A stretch of DNA of 64,000 bases. Origin: Cyanobacteria bacterium P01_A01_bin.123. GTDB lineage: Bacteria > Cyanobacteriota > Cyanobacteriia > Phormidesmidales > Phormidesmidaceae. A program made the position numbers and the translations under genes. The notes below the pieces were generated by a model, which was not told the origin of the DNA, did not search any database, and was given only the letters and a program-made list of their open reading frames with translations. The stretch is taken from assembly GCA_039815185.1 (NCBI GenBank), contig JBCBZT010000010.1, positions 64,001-128,000 of the forward strand. Direction: 5' to 3'. Below are positions 9,552 through 19,084 of the stretch, in pieces (within the stretch, counting starts at the first letter, position 1; each line of letters opens with the position of its first letter).

Positions 9552-9988
9552 CTAGGATCTTCTCGCCGAGCCGGACGCCACAACGGTCCGACCGCGAGAA
9601 GGAGGACGAAGACGTTGAAGATGGCGTTCGAGACATTTCCCGAGGCTATGGATCCTGAACTGTCCAGCACAAACCAAGCGAGAAGACCGGTGAGTACCGC
9701 TTGACGCACAACCTCCGGCGCTATGTCATAAACCCGCGCCGACAGATACCAAATCGTGACGCCCCACCCCAAAAGGAATCCACCTGTTAGCGCAGACAGA
9801 AACCGGGTGTCGGGTGACGCATAGGTCTGCAGGCCATCTAACGGCCAGCTCAAAATATCCAGTGTCAATCGGGCCGGTTCCGATGTGGGCACCATTGTCC
9901 CTAAAAAGAAGACCGGCCCAAAAGACCCGACAACGATGGCAGTGATTTTTAGCCACAGCTTGTGAAAAGTGTGAGAATATTTCCCCAT
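9548..9988 (-). CDS. Hypothetical membrane protein (4 TM)
   Basis: 146-aa hydrophobic ORF with LSALTGGFLLGWG and WFVLDSSGS. Confidence 0.75.
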   Translation of the reverse strand: MGKYSHTFHKLWLKITAIVVGSFGPVFFLGTMVPTSEPARLTLDILSWPLDGLQTYASPDTRFLSALTGGFLLGWGVTIWYLSARVYDIAPEVVRQAVLTGLLAWFVLDSSGSIASGNVSNAIFNVFVLLLAVGPLWRPARREDPS

Positions 9989-10056
9989 AGTGTCTTAATT
10001 TCTGGATAAAAATAGAGTTATGCGGCTGTATAATACTTTTCAAATTTAGTCGAGAC

Positions 10057-10401
10057 CTAACCGTTAGCTCTGGTTTCCCCTAACAGTAATTCGCTTATAT
10101 CTCCTTTTACGCGGATACTTATTAACAATAGATATGAAGCCAGGAACATCGATCCGCCAACAAAAGCCAGTAAACCGAAGAAAATTCCAAGGGGCGAAAA
10201 ATGGTGTCGCCATATGAGCCAGAACGCAGAAAGTATCAGAACGAACAGGAAGTCGAGATCGAACTGTCCAGGCCATCCCATTGTGGCTATATCACCGAAA
10301 AATACTTCAAGTAATCCAAAACCATGATTGCTAATAACAATGGCTGTGTAGCTGAATATAAAAGTCACAACGGCAATCAAGAAACCGCGAAAGGCTACCA
10401 T
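10057..10401 (-). CDS. Hypothetical small membrane protein
   Basis: 114 aa, about 3-4 TM helices, WPGQF.LDF motif, GAGG RBS. Confidence 0.7.
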   Translation of the reverse strand: MVAFRGFLIAVVTFIFSYTAIVISNHGFGLLEVFFGDIATMGWPGQFDLDFLFVLILSAFWLIWRHHFSPLGIFFGLLAFVGGSMFLASYLLLISIRVKGDISELLLGETRANG

Positions 10402-10559
10402 GTTTTTCGCCTCAGTTAGATTAAGCTGTACATGTATGACGTGAAATTAATACACCGCCAGTAGATTCGGCAATTACCTATGAGGTAATTGACTGTTTGA
10501 CGCCAGGGCCGGGAGCCTGTGAAGCAGGTGTCCGTCATAACACTTTACTAGGTGCACAT

Positions 10560-10943
10560 TCAATACATTGGATTGCCGTTCTTTGTTTCAATTGGCACTT
10601 GTTGAATGGCATCCCAATGTTCGATGATCTTTCCGTCCGTATCGAATCGGAAGAAATCCATCGTGACGTATTCTTCATTGTCTGGCCAGGTCTGATGAGT
10701 GTGCAAAGCAACTAGATCCCCCTCGGCTACAGCACGCACGAACTCAATCTCTTTGCCAGGATATTGCACCGCCATTTCAGTGAAATAATCAATGAACGCC
10801 TGCTTCCCATCCCCAACTAAAGGATTATGTTGAATATAATCAACACCGACGTACATTTCGACCGCCTTGGTGGGATTACCCAAATACGCAGTGCGGTAGA
10901 AGGCAATGGCATTCTGTTTATTAGCTTCGCGTCTATCCTGCAT
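10560..10943 (-). CDS. SnoaL-like / NTF2-family protein
   Basis: YIQHNP..DGK..F, AEGDLV..H and D.FRFD.DGKI.EHWD. Confidence 0.88.
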   Translation of the reverse strand: MQDRREANKQNAIAFYRTAYLGNPTKAVEMYVGVDYIQHNPLVGDGKQAFIDYFTEMAVQYPGKEIEFVRAVAEGDLVALHTHQTWPDNEEYVTMDFFRFDTDGKIIEHWDAIQQVPIETKNGNPMY

Positions 10944-10954
10944 GTTGGCACTCT

Positions 10955-11280
10955 GGTAGAACTAAATCAGTATTGACGCATTGTAGTGGTGAATGAAATT
11001 GCACAGCAATCCGATGTGATTGCGCAGCGTCTTGGAAAAAGCCAGATTATGTCGGACAAAGCGTGAGACTCGCTGCCGTAAAGTGCAGTTGAAGCGCTCA
11101 ATATAGCTGGTTTTACCGCTCTCTTTGGTAACGACTCGATGTCGCTTTGATGGCAACACGGTTTGATAGCCTTGCCAGGCATCGGTATAGATGAGGGCAC
11201 ACTGACGATAGGCCTTGGGCAGGGCATTCCAGAGCTGTTGAGCACTGCCTTGGCCGCGGTCTCCGACATGAGCGCCACGT
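10955..11280 (-). mobile_element. Truncated IS1-family element (3' part of the InsB transposase plus one terminal repeat)
   Basis: Minus-strand frame reads HVGDRGQGSAQQLWNALPKAYRQCALIYTDAWQGYQTVLPSKRH...IERFNCTLRQRVSRFVR..AFSK; ends ..TTTAGTTCTACC (GGTAG at 10955); N-terminal part and InsA absent. Confidence 0.85.
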
Positions 11281-11339
11281 TGCTCGTCTTTGTTGACAAG
11301 ACTTTTTCTGAAACAATTGCGGAGCCGCTAAGCAACACT

Positions 11340-11681
11340 TCAATCGTCAGGTTGCTCCCTATTGGAACTGGTGGTTTGTTCTGTAATCCAGGCTAAATAG
11401 GGTGCAGATCCTTGAACGATTGGAAGCGCGATGATTTCAGGTACATCGTAGGAATGCAGAGTTTTGATCCGCACTTCAAGCGCTGAAAAGCGATCGAGAT
11501 TAGTTTTAATCACCAGTTGCCATTCTGCATCATGGTTGATCTTGCCCTGCCAAGTATAAATTGACTGAATCGGCATTAGGGCAACACAGGCGGCTAATTT
11601 TTCGGTAACGAGAACCTGGGCGATCGCGTTGGCCTCTGCCTTCGTCCCTGCGGTTACCAGTACAATGCCGTAATTGCCCAT
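11340..11681 (-). CDS. cutA: Divalent-cation tolerance protein CutA
   Basis: LAACV...I.SIYTWQG, E..L.IKT and HSYDVPEIIALP. Confidence 0.93.
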   Translation of the reverse strand: MGNYGIVLVTAGTKAEANAIAQVLVTEKLAACVALMPIQSIYTWQGKINHDAEWQLVIKTNLDRFSALEVRIKTLHSYDVPEIIALPIVQGSAPYLAWITEQTTSSNREQPDD

Positions 11682-11691
11682 GGGGTAATGA

Positions 11692-12642
11692 TCAGAAATC
11701 TGCCATAGACTTTAAAACATGATGATCGACAAACTGGGAGCGATCGAGGGTTTCTCGAGTGTGTTGCTGACTCCGAGGGGTTTGCCCGTTTGCCGCAGCA
11801 TAAAGGTAGGGACGAGCGGCAGCAGGCAAAATCGAATCTGTGAACTCAGCCCCATCAATTTGCGTATTGTCCAACCGTGCCTCACTCAGGTTCGCCCGAG
11901 TCAAATCGGCACGGCTGAGATTAGCCTGCCCCAGTTCTGCATTCGACAAGAAAGTTTGACTCAAATCAGCCCCGGTCAAATTGGCTTGGCGCAAACTCAC
12001 ACCGCGTAGAGTCGCATGGGTAAGTTTGGCAAAGGCCAAATTGGCCCCGTCTAAATTAGCGCCGTTAAGTTTGGCATCGCGCAAATTGACCCCCTGCAAA
12101 CTTAGACCCTGCAGATCCACGCCGTTCAAATAAGCGCCTTCTAAATTCACCTCGCTCAGCCGAGTTTTATCAAATTCAGCGCCACTGAGACGCGCACCAC
12201 GCAAGTTAGCCCACGACAAATTGGCTCCGGTTAAGTTGGCCCCCCGTAGGTTGACCCCCTGGAGGTTGGCACCACTGAGATTGGCGTGGCTGAGGTTGGC
12301 ATCGCGTAAGTTGGCATGGGCCAGATTGGCACCACTGAGTCGGGCTTCTGTTAGATTGGCCTTGACCAAAAATGCCCCCATCAGGAGGGCTTTGGTCAAA
12401 TCTGCTTGAATGAGCTGGCTACTGTTCATCTTGGTGTAGCTCAAGTCGGCCCAGTTGAGGCGAGTCTGATTCAGCATGGCTTTCGTTAGAAAAGCACGAC
12501 TGAGCTGAGCCCCGGTCAGGTTGGAGCGGGTCAAGTTAATTGAGACTAAAATTCGAGCACTCAAATCACTCCCTTCTAGGTGGATACCGATAAAATCCCG
12601 GTATCCCGATTCGTAGAGCTCAAGCATGTAGTTGAGATGCAT
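11692..12642 (-). CDS. Pentapeptide-repeat protein
   Basis: Y..G.RDF N-terminal cap followed by many A(N/D)LxX repeats; start uncertain (ATG 12642 chosen). Confidence 0.9.
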   Translation of the reverse strand: MHLNYMLELYESGYRDFIGIHLEGSDLSARILVSINLTRSNLTGAQLSRAFLTKAMLNQTRLNWADLSYTKMNSSQLIQADLTKALLMGAFLVKANLTEARLSGANLAHANLRDANLSHANLSGANLQGVNLRGANLTGANLSWANLRGARLSGAEFDKTRLSEVNLEGAYLNGVDLQGLSLQGVNLRDAKLNGANLDGANLAFAKLTHATLRGVSLRQANLTGADLSQTFLSNAELGQANLSRADLTRANLSEARLDNTQIDGAEFTDSILPAAARPYLYAAANGQTPRSQQHTRETLDRSQFVDHHVLKSMADF

Positions 12643-13296
12643 AGCACAGCGGCGTTGCACAGCGGATTGAAAGGGTACATCCAACGGAAGGGCAAACACA
12701 AGTATCCCCTTAGGCTTGAAAAAACCTGCAATATGGTCAAGTAAGGCCTGCCCAAGTTTGGAGGTGCAGTTTTTACAGAAGGACAGCTCTAAATTTCAAG
12801 TTAGACTTGGCTGACTTCCTTACTAACCGTAGCGCTCTGCTACAAAACTGTGGAGTCACCGTTAAGTTGATTGACATTTTAGAGGGAAACTTAATCAGTT
12901 CAATAAAAAGTATTTATTAAAAAAATCTTAAATGACATTTATGTTTGGCTTGGGGGAAATTTAGTGGATCCCAAAATGGCAATATTAATCTGAAAAATTT
13001 TCCCTACGATCCTTTCGCAGAAGGATTTTTCAGGCTTTATTATAGATAAGTTATAGAAACATTAAGTTGGTTTAGGTGATATATTTCCGGAGAAATGGGT
13101 AACTCGGTGGAAGACTTTGGGCGCTAATTTCTTGATAGCTGATATAGGGTCTAGATGAAGTTATATCGGATCTAGATGAAGAAATTTGACGTAGCTTAGA
13201 ATACTTTGAGCATTCATTATTAATTGTCGTTACAGACGATACATAATTGTGTCTTAGGGCAGGGCTAAATATGACAATAACTGGACATAAAGCTTA

Positions 13297-13980
13297 ATGA
13301 TTCGAAGATTGGGATTGGGATTGCTGTGGCTGGGCTTGATTGCCTACGCATTTGGGTTGGCACCACCGGATCAGCCCGATACTGCTGTGCTGATTCAGCG
13401 CCTATCCACCGGGGACTGGGCCGATATCAATCCAGCCATTGTGGCGCTGTTTAACGTCATGGGAATTTGGCCGATGGTTTACGCTGGCGTTGCACTGGTG
13501 GATGGTCATCACCAAAAGGCATTGGCTTGGCCGTTTGTGGTGGGTTCCTTTGGGTTAGGGGCGTTTTTGCTGCTGCCTTATTTGATCTGGCGATCGCCGA
13601 ACCCGACCTTTTCAGGGGAAAAAAGCAAGCTCATCCAGCTGCTAGAGTCTCGTTGGTTGGGGATTGCATTGACCGTGGGCGCATCGGTGCTGTTGGTTTA
13701 CGGGGCTGTCACTGGAGACTGGGCAGATTTTGTGCAGCAGTGGCAGACTAGCCGCTTTATCCACGTGATGAGTTTAGATTTTTGCCTGTTGTGGTTATTG
13801 TTTCCCGCATTACTCGGAGACGATATGGCTCGACGGGGCATTCAAGATCAGCGCGTGTTTTGGAGCGTGACGCTAGTGCCGCTGTTGGGCGCGGCAGTTT
13901 ACTTAGCCCTGCGGTCGCCGTTAATCTCAGAGACTGAAGCGATTGCTAGCAAAGATGAAGCTGGTTATCTAGCCACCTGA
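13297..13980 (+). CDS. Conserved cyanobacterial membrane protein (DUF2834-like)
   Basis: LFNVMGIWP, GAFLLLPYL, TSRFIHVMSLDF and LGDDMARRG. Confidence 0.75.
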   Translation: MIRRLGLGLLWLGLIAYAFGLAPPDQPDTAVLIQRLSTGDWADINPAIVALFNVMGIWPMVYAGVALVDGHHQKALAWPFVVGSFGLGAFLLLPYLIWRSPNPTFSGEKSKLIQLLESRWLGIALTVGASVLLVYGAVTGDWADFVQQWQTSRFIHVMSLDFCLLWLLFPALLGDDMARRGIQDQRVFWSVTLVPLLGAAVYLALRSPLISETEAIASKDEAGYLAT

Positions 13981-14128
13981 ATTTCTCAATGTCCTTACTC
14001 CTTTAATTTTGAGAGCATGGGGCTCAAAGCCTCTTAGGATTGAGGGTTACGCCAATATCCATCGCCCGGAAAATTATTTCCCCCACCTGAAGTAGGGAAT
14101 ACTGCTGCTGGTCAGCGTCGGGCATAGT

Positions 14129-16162
14129 TTGGGAGATAGCGGTTTGAAAACTCAAAGCACAAGGGGGTGCCGTTTCCGTCTGGGACGGCTTAAGTTTGTG
14201 GCGATCGCGATCGCCGTTGCCATTGCCCTACCGCTCCTGTCCGGATTAGTCCTGGAACCTAGGAGCATTGAGCTGCCCCCTGTCAGCGCTCAAACAACTG
14301 TCAATGAGCCTTTGAGCCAGGGCGATCGCCAGTTTTTTGACCGTCAATATCAAGCTGCTGAAGCCAGCTACCGCCAAGCCCTAGAACAAATCCAGGCTCA
14401 GGGTGATCCTGATGGTCTGGAAGACCATATTGTTTCTCAATTGGCGAGAACCTACCTGCTGCTCAATCAATACGAGGCTGCCCTGCCCTTTTTGCAGCGT
14501 GATTTGGAACTGCAAGATGAGGATGGGTTTGGTACTGAACCGATTTTGAGCAATATCGGTCTGGCCTATTTTCATCTCGGTCGCTTTGCCGAGGCAGAAG
14601 CGTTACTGAAGGAGGCGATCGCGGGGTGGGAAGCCATTCGAGCCGGGGATGATCTGGACGCGATCGCAAAAATTACCCTATTTGAACAGCAGTCTTACAC
14701 CTACAACCTGCTGCAGCGGGTGCTCGTGGCCCAAAACAAAACCACCGAAGCTTTGGTGCTAGCCGAGCGGGGGCGAGCGCGAGCCTTAGTGGAACAGCTC
14801 GTGCAGCAACATGCTCAAACCCAGGTGCCGGTGCCTAGCTTGGCGGAGATGCAGCAAATTGCTCGAGAGCAGCAGGTTACGGTGGTCAATTACGCCGTGA
14901 TTGGCGATGGTCGTCGGGTGTTAGGCAATGAAATTGAAACCGAAACCGATTTATTCATTTGGGTGATGGCGCCAACGGGGGCGCTGTCGTTTCACCAGGT
15001 GCCATTGTGTCCTTTTTGGCAAAATATCTTTCGCGCTCAACCCACACAGCTTTCCCCGCTGGAAGATTTGGTGCGCCTAACGCGGGATGGCATGGGGGTG
15101 GGTGAACGGGGAATTGGGGTAGTTAACAGCGATCGCCGTTATCAAGGCGATTTCGCCTCTAATCCCTTGCCATTAGAGCAGCTCAATCAGATTTTGATTG
15201 CCCCGATCGCCGATGAACTGCCCCGTGACCCGACCGAGACGGTCGTCTTCATTCCTCAAGGGCCGTTGTTGTTGGTGCCGTTTGCCAGCCTGCAAGACGA
15301 GGCGGGGACGTATTTGGTTGAAAAACACGCGATCGCCATTTCCCCCTCGATCCAAGTTCTGGGGTTACATGCTCAAAGCCAGTTCCCCATCGATGCTGCC
15401 CAGTTAATTGTGGGCAACCCGATTACCATGCCCACAATTCCCCCCGACTCGCAGCTACCACCCCAAAGTTTGCCCCCCTTGCCCGGTGCGGAGCGGGAAG
15501 CCCAAGCTATCGGTGAGATTTTAGGCGCAGCCCCCCTGTTGGGCAGCGCGGCAACCGAAACTGCCGTGGTGCAGCAAATGCCTCAGCAGGCCATCATTCA
15601 TCTCGCCACCCATGGGTTGTTGAACCTAGACCCCAATCTCAATGAATTTGGTCTAACCACGGATCCCAACGCCCCGACTGCTCCCGATGCCAATGTATTT
15701 GTGACGCCCGGTGCAGTGATTGTGGGCGAGGGCGTTACCGTGGGCGGTGTTGATGCCAGCATAGCCTTGTCGCGCGAGCGGGTGGTGCGGGTAGACATGC
15801 CGGGTGTGTTGGCCTTAGCCCCCTCTGCAACTGATGATGGCTGGTTGACGGCAGCAGAAATTGCAGCCCTGGATCTAAATGCTGATTTAGTCGTCCTCAG
15901 CGCCTGCGACACCGGACGTGGCAGGATTACGGGTGATGGCGTTGTCGGTTTACCACGTGCTTTTCTGGCCGCAGGGGCCGAGAATGTAGTGGTCTCTCTC
16001 TGGCAGGTGCCCGACGCAGCCACGGCTGAGTTGATGGTGAGCTTTTACCAGCAGCTTACCCAAGGGCAAGATCAAGCTAATGCGCTACGAAACGCCATGC
16101 TGACTACCCAGGCGACCTATCCTGATCCGCGCAATTGGTCGGCATTTGTGCTGGTGCAATAG
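14129..16162 (+). CDS. TPR + CHAT-domain (caspase-like) protein with an N-terminal hydrophobic segment
   Basis: TPR helices, AERGRARAL, HLATHG, LVVLSACDTG.G, VVSLW.V.D and P..WSAF; start uncertain. Confidence 0.9.
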   Translation: MGDSGLKTQSTRGCRFRLGRLKFVAIAIAVAIALPLLSGLVLEPRSIELPPVSAQTTVNEPLSQGDRQFFDRQYQAAEASYRQALEQIQAQGDPDGLEDHIVSQLARTYLLLNQYEAALPFLQRDLELQDEDGFGTEPILSNIGLAYFHLGRFAEAEALLKEAIAGWEAIRAGDDLDAIAKITLFEQQSYTYNLLQRVLVAQNKTTEALVLAERGRARALVEQLVQQHAQTQVPVPSLAEMQQIAREQQVTVVNYAVIGDGRRVLGNEIETETDLFIWVMAPTGALSFHQVPLCPFWQNIFRAQPTQLSPLEDLVRLTRDGMGVGERGIGVVNSDRRYQGDFASNPLPLEQLNQILIAPIADELPRDPTETVVFIPQGPLLLVPFASLQDEAGTYLVEKHAIAISPSIQVLGLHAQSQFPIDAAQLIVGNPITMPTIPPDSQLPPQSLPPLPGAEREAQAIGEILGAAPLLGSAATETAVVQQMPQQAIIHLATHGLLNLDPNLNEFGLTTDPNAPTAPDANVFVTPGAVIVGEGVTVGGVDASIALSRERVVRVDMPGVLALAPSATDDGWLTAAEIAALDLNADLVVLSACDTGRGRITGDGVVGLPRAFLAAGAENVVVSLWQVPDAATAELMVSFYQQLTQGQDQANALRNAMLTTQATYPDPRNWSAFVLVQ

Positions 16163-16309
16163 AAATCATGGTGTGGTAATCGTCTACTGTCCAGCGCACT
16201 AACGTTGTCACCATCAGTTTGCTTTTCTCCTGATCTTCGGTTCGCAGACTGTGTGTTCCTAGCGTATCGTACCTGGCTAAGCCACTACACTTCAGACTGC
16301 TTGCGGCGG

Positions 16310-18247
16310 CTACCTTAACTGCTGATAACGTCCTAACGCCATCAACGGAAAGGTTTGATAGTAGAGGTGATAGCGAATGTAAAAATGACTGGGGAAACCC
16401 GTTCCGGTAAACTCAGCTTCTTCCCATTTGCCATCCCCTTGTTGAGTCTCAACCAGATACTGAATACCTTTTTGCAATGCCTTTTTAGCCGCCGCATCTA
16501 AACAAAAATCAGCGTCGAGTAAGCCCAACAATGCCCAAGCGGTTTGGGAAGCCGTGCTGGGACCTTGACCTTTCAAATTGGGATCGTCGTAGCTGCGGCA
16601 GGTTTCTCCCCAGCCACCGTCGGTGTTTTGACAACTCACTAACCAGGCGACGCCACGCTCAATTTGAGCCCGACAGCGATCCGGGGCAATCAGCGTTAGC
16701 GCTGAAAGAGCACCACTAGTGCCGTAGATGTAATTCACGCCCCAACGTCCGAACCAACTGCCATCGGCTTCTTGTTCCCGCAGCAAATAATCCAATCCTC
16801 TTGAGAGTCGATAGGGGGTTAGGTCTGCAGTGTATTGACTGACGAGTGTTTCATCCTGGGACAGGCGACCATGCATCTCCAACACGCGAGCTGTGATGTC
16901 AGCGGTGCTGGGATCGATCATGGCTTTAAGATCCCCGTAGGGAATGGCATTGAGCCAGTTTTGATCGTTGTCAATGTCGAAGGCTGCCCAACCGCCAGTC
17001 TTACACTGCATGGTGGCAATCCAGCGGACAGCACGGGCGATCGCGGCCTTTTTGACCGATTCATTGGGCAAGGTGATGTCTTGCAAAGCCATGGCAACCA
17101 CCGCTGTGTCGTCCATGTCGGGGTAAAAGCGGTTTTCAAATTCAAAGGCCCACCCCCCTGGTTTACCCTCGGGATTTTTCACCGCCCAATCACCGTAGTC
17201 GAGAATTTGCTTCTCCAATAGCCATTCCCCTGCCCGTACCAGTGCGGGATGATCTGAGACAAGGCCAGAATCAGTTAGGGCTCTGAGAGATAACGCCGTA
17301 TCCCACACGGGTGAAATGCAAGCCTGCACCCAGTAGGTCGCTTCGGTTTCAATGGCAAAATTGTCTACGGCCTGGAGACCCCGCTGCACAATCGGGTCAT
17401 GTACGTCATAGTCCAAAGCCCTCAATGCCAGCAGGGAGTTGAGCATGGCTGGAATAATGCCGCCCCAGTCACCGGAGGCTTCTTGCCGTTCGACAATCCA
17501 TTTCTCAGCCCGCTGGATGCCTGCCTGCCGAAACGGAATGAAGTCAATCGCCTCTGCGAATTTGAATGCCTTATCTATCCACAGAAAGATGTCGCTCCAG
17601 TCGCCGTTTTCAGGGAGTTCCCAGCGGACATTCTCGATCCCTTCTGCATAGAGTTCGTTGAGATCAAAGGCGGGATCAATCGCATAAACAGGCTTTTGGT
17701 CGAACACGATCAGCAGCGGCACCGTGCTGCCCCGTGCCCAGCTTGAAAGTCCATAGATGTTGACCGGGAAGGGATGGTCTAACAGCATTACCCAGGCGGG
17801 CAACGAGGGGAGCCCTTGCCAGTCATAGCAGCCGATTAATGCTAAATGAAACTTCGTGAAAATGCGGGTTTTACTAATGCCTCCCCGGCTCAGGATGAAA
17901 GCTTTAGCCTTGACCAAGGCTGGATCGGTTGCTGCAATACCCAGTAACCGCAACGCCATGTAAGCTTCCACAGAAGTGCTGAGGTCGCCGCCATCGCCGT
18001 AGAAGAGTTCCCAACCGCCATGGTTGCGTTGCTGCGATCGCAGGTAGTGTTCAATCTTATCCAGGGGGCGATCGCGATCGGTTCCCCAAATCTTATGCAG
18101 CAGCAAGATCTCAATGGTAATGGTGACATTAGACTCCAAATCTGCCCACCAATAACCGTCGGGGTTCTGAATCGAGAGCAGGTAGTTTTGCGCAGCTGCA
18201 ATGGCTTGATCGAGCCCAGTTAGCTGCTGTGATTTCGTCGTTTGCAT
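16310..18247 (-). CDS. shc: Squalene-hopene cyclase
   Basis: QW repeats, catalytic DMDDTA (DxDD), WFGRWGVNYIYGT and FTGTGFP. Confidence 0.97.
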   Translation of the reverse strand: MQTTKSQQLTGLDQAIAAAQNYLLSIQNPDGYWWADLESNVTITIEILLLHKIWGTDRDRPLDKIEHYLRSQQRNHGGWELFYGDGGDLSTSVEAYMALRLLGIAATDPALVKAKAFILSRGGISKTRIFTKFHLALIGCYDWQGLPSLPAWVMLLDHPFPVNIYGLSSWARGSTVPLLIVFDQKPVYAIDPAFDLNELYAEGIENVRWELPENGDWSDIFLWIDKAFKFAEAIDFIPFRQAGIQRAEKWIVERQEASGDWGGIIPAMLNSLLALRALDYDVHDPIVQRGLQAVDNFAIETEATYWVQACISPVWDTALSLRALTDSGLVSDHPALVRAGEWLLEKQILDYGDWAVKNPEGKPGGWAFEFENRFYPDMDDTAVVAMALQDITLPNESVKKAAIARAVRWIATMQCKTGGWAAFDIDNDQNWLNAIPYGDLKAMIDPSTADITARVLEMHGRLSQDETLVSQYTADLTPYRLSRGLDYLLREQEADGSWFGRWGVNYIYGTSGALSALTLIAPDRCRAQIERGVAWLVSCQNTDGGWGETCRSYDDPNLKGQGPSTASQTAWALLGLLDADFCLDAAAKKALQKGIQYLVETQQGDGKWEEAEFTGTGFPSHFYIRYHLYYQTFPLMALGRYQQLR

Positions 18248-18341
18248 CCGAGTCTCTTACACCAGATATGAATTCATTGAGGCAGCATAGTGCAAATTCT
18301 CGGTTGATGAAAGGCACAAATAGAGCGTATCGACTCAGACG

Positions 18342-18881
18342 TTAGCGCTCATCCCAACGAAACCGATAGAAAAAGTATTCATCCTGAAAGGCTTGATCAT
18401 CTAAAACATGGTGAATCCAGTTTTCATCAATCAGGCGCTGGCCAAGCTGGACGGCTTCTTTCCGAGAAATGCTGAGGTAGGACACTAGCCAATCAACGGC
18501 TTCACTACCCACAAAACACCGCCGATAGGTCTTCAAATGAAATTGCCGATCTTTGATTTGGATGCCGCCCACATTTCTCATTGCCGCGACCAATTGCTTT
18601 AAATCAAGAGCCACCAGAGAATTGACTTTTCGCACCGTTTTATCGTGATACCAGAGGGTAATGGTTTCACATTCTTCAACCAATACCGTGGCTTGGCCTT
18701 TCATATCTAAGAGTTTTTGTCGGGCCTGTTGAATCGCAGTCTGTCTATCTTCCCTGTTGTAGGTTTCGCCTTTGACATAAAACTTATGTTGATATTCCAG
18801 ACCTGGTATCTGGAGCGTGTTGTCAGCAGCATGACGGTTCAGGGTGCAATAGTTGACTTGTTCAGATTGCAGAATGAACAT
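18342..18881 (-). CDS. DEP-domain protein with an additional N-terminal domain
   Basis: IKDR..HLKTY..CFVGSEAVDWL...R.EAV.LGQ.L....IHHV....F.D...FYRF is a DEP signature; GGAGG RBS. Confidence 0.85.
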   Translation of the reverse strand: MFILQSEQVNYCTLNRHAADNTLQIPGLEYQHKFYVKGETYNREDRQTAIQQARQKLLDMKGQATVLVEECETITLWYHDKTVRKVNSLVALDLKQLVAAMRNVGGIQIKDRQFHLKTYRRCFVGSEAVDWLVSYLSISRKEAVQLGQRLIDENWIHHVLDDQAFQDEYFFYRFRWDER

Positions 18882-19084
18882 GGGGGCCTCCAGGGGTTAA
18901 TGGGCTTTAATCAACCGCTTATTGGCGATGACGATCCCACTCTAGAGAGACAATCTGAAACCAAGCTGAATAGTTTCTTAAAGATGTTGCCTGTCAGCCT
19001 CAATATTCTCAAAGGAAAAATTAAGCCTTTATGCAGTGGATTGATCGCGTTTATTATGCTGTTTGATTAGCGTGAATAACTGCG

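Noticed and set aside
10967..11396. Overlapping ORFs 10967-11338, 11113-11343 and 11163-11396
   Set aside because: These are alternate-frame shadows of the IS1 remnant with no recognisable motifs.
11880..12560. 15-nt periodicity in the DNA
   Set aside because: Explained by pentapeptide-repeat coding.
12829..12843. NtcA box GTAGCGCTCTGCTAC
   Set aside because: Spacing is GTA-N9-TAC, not the required N8.
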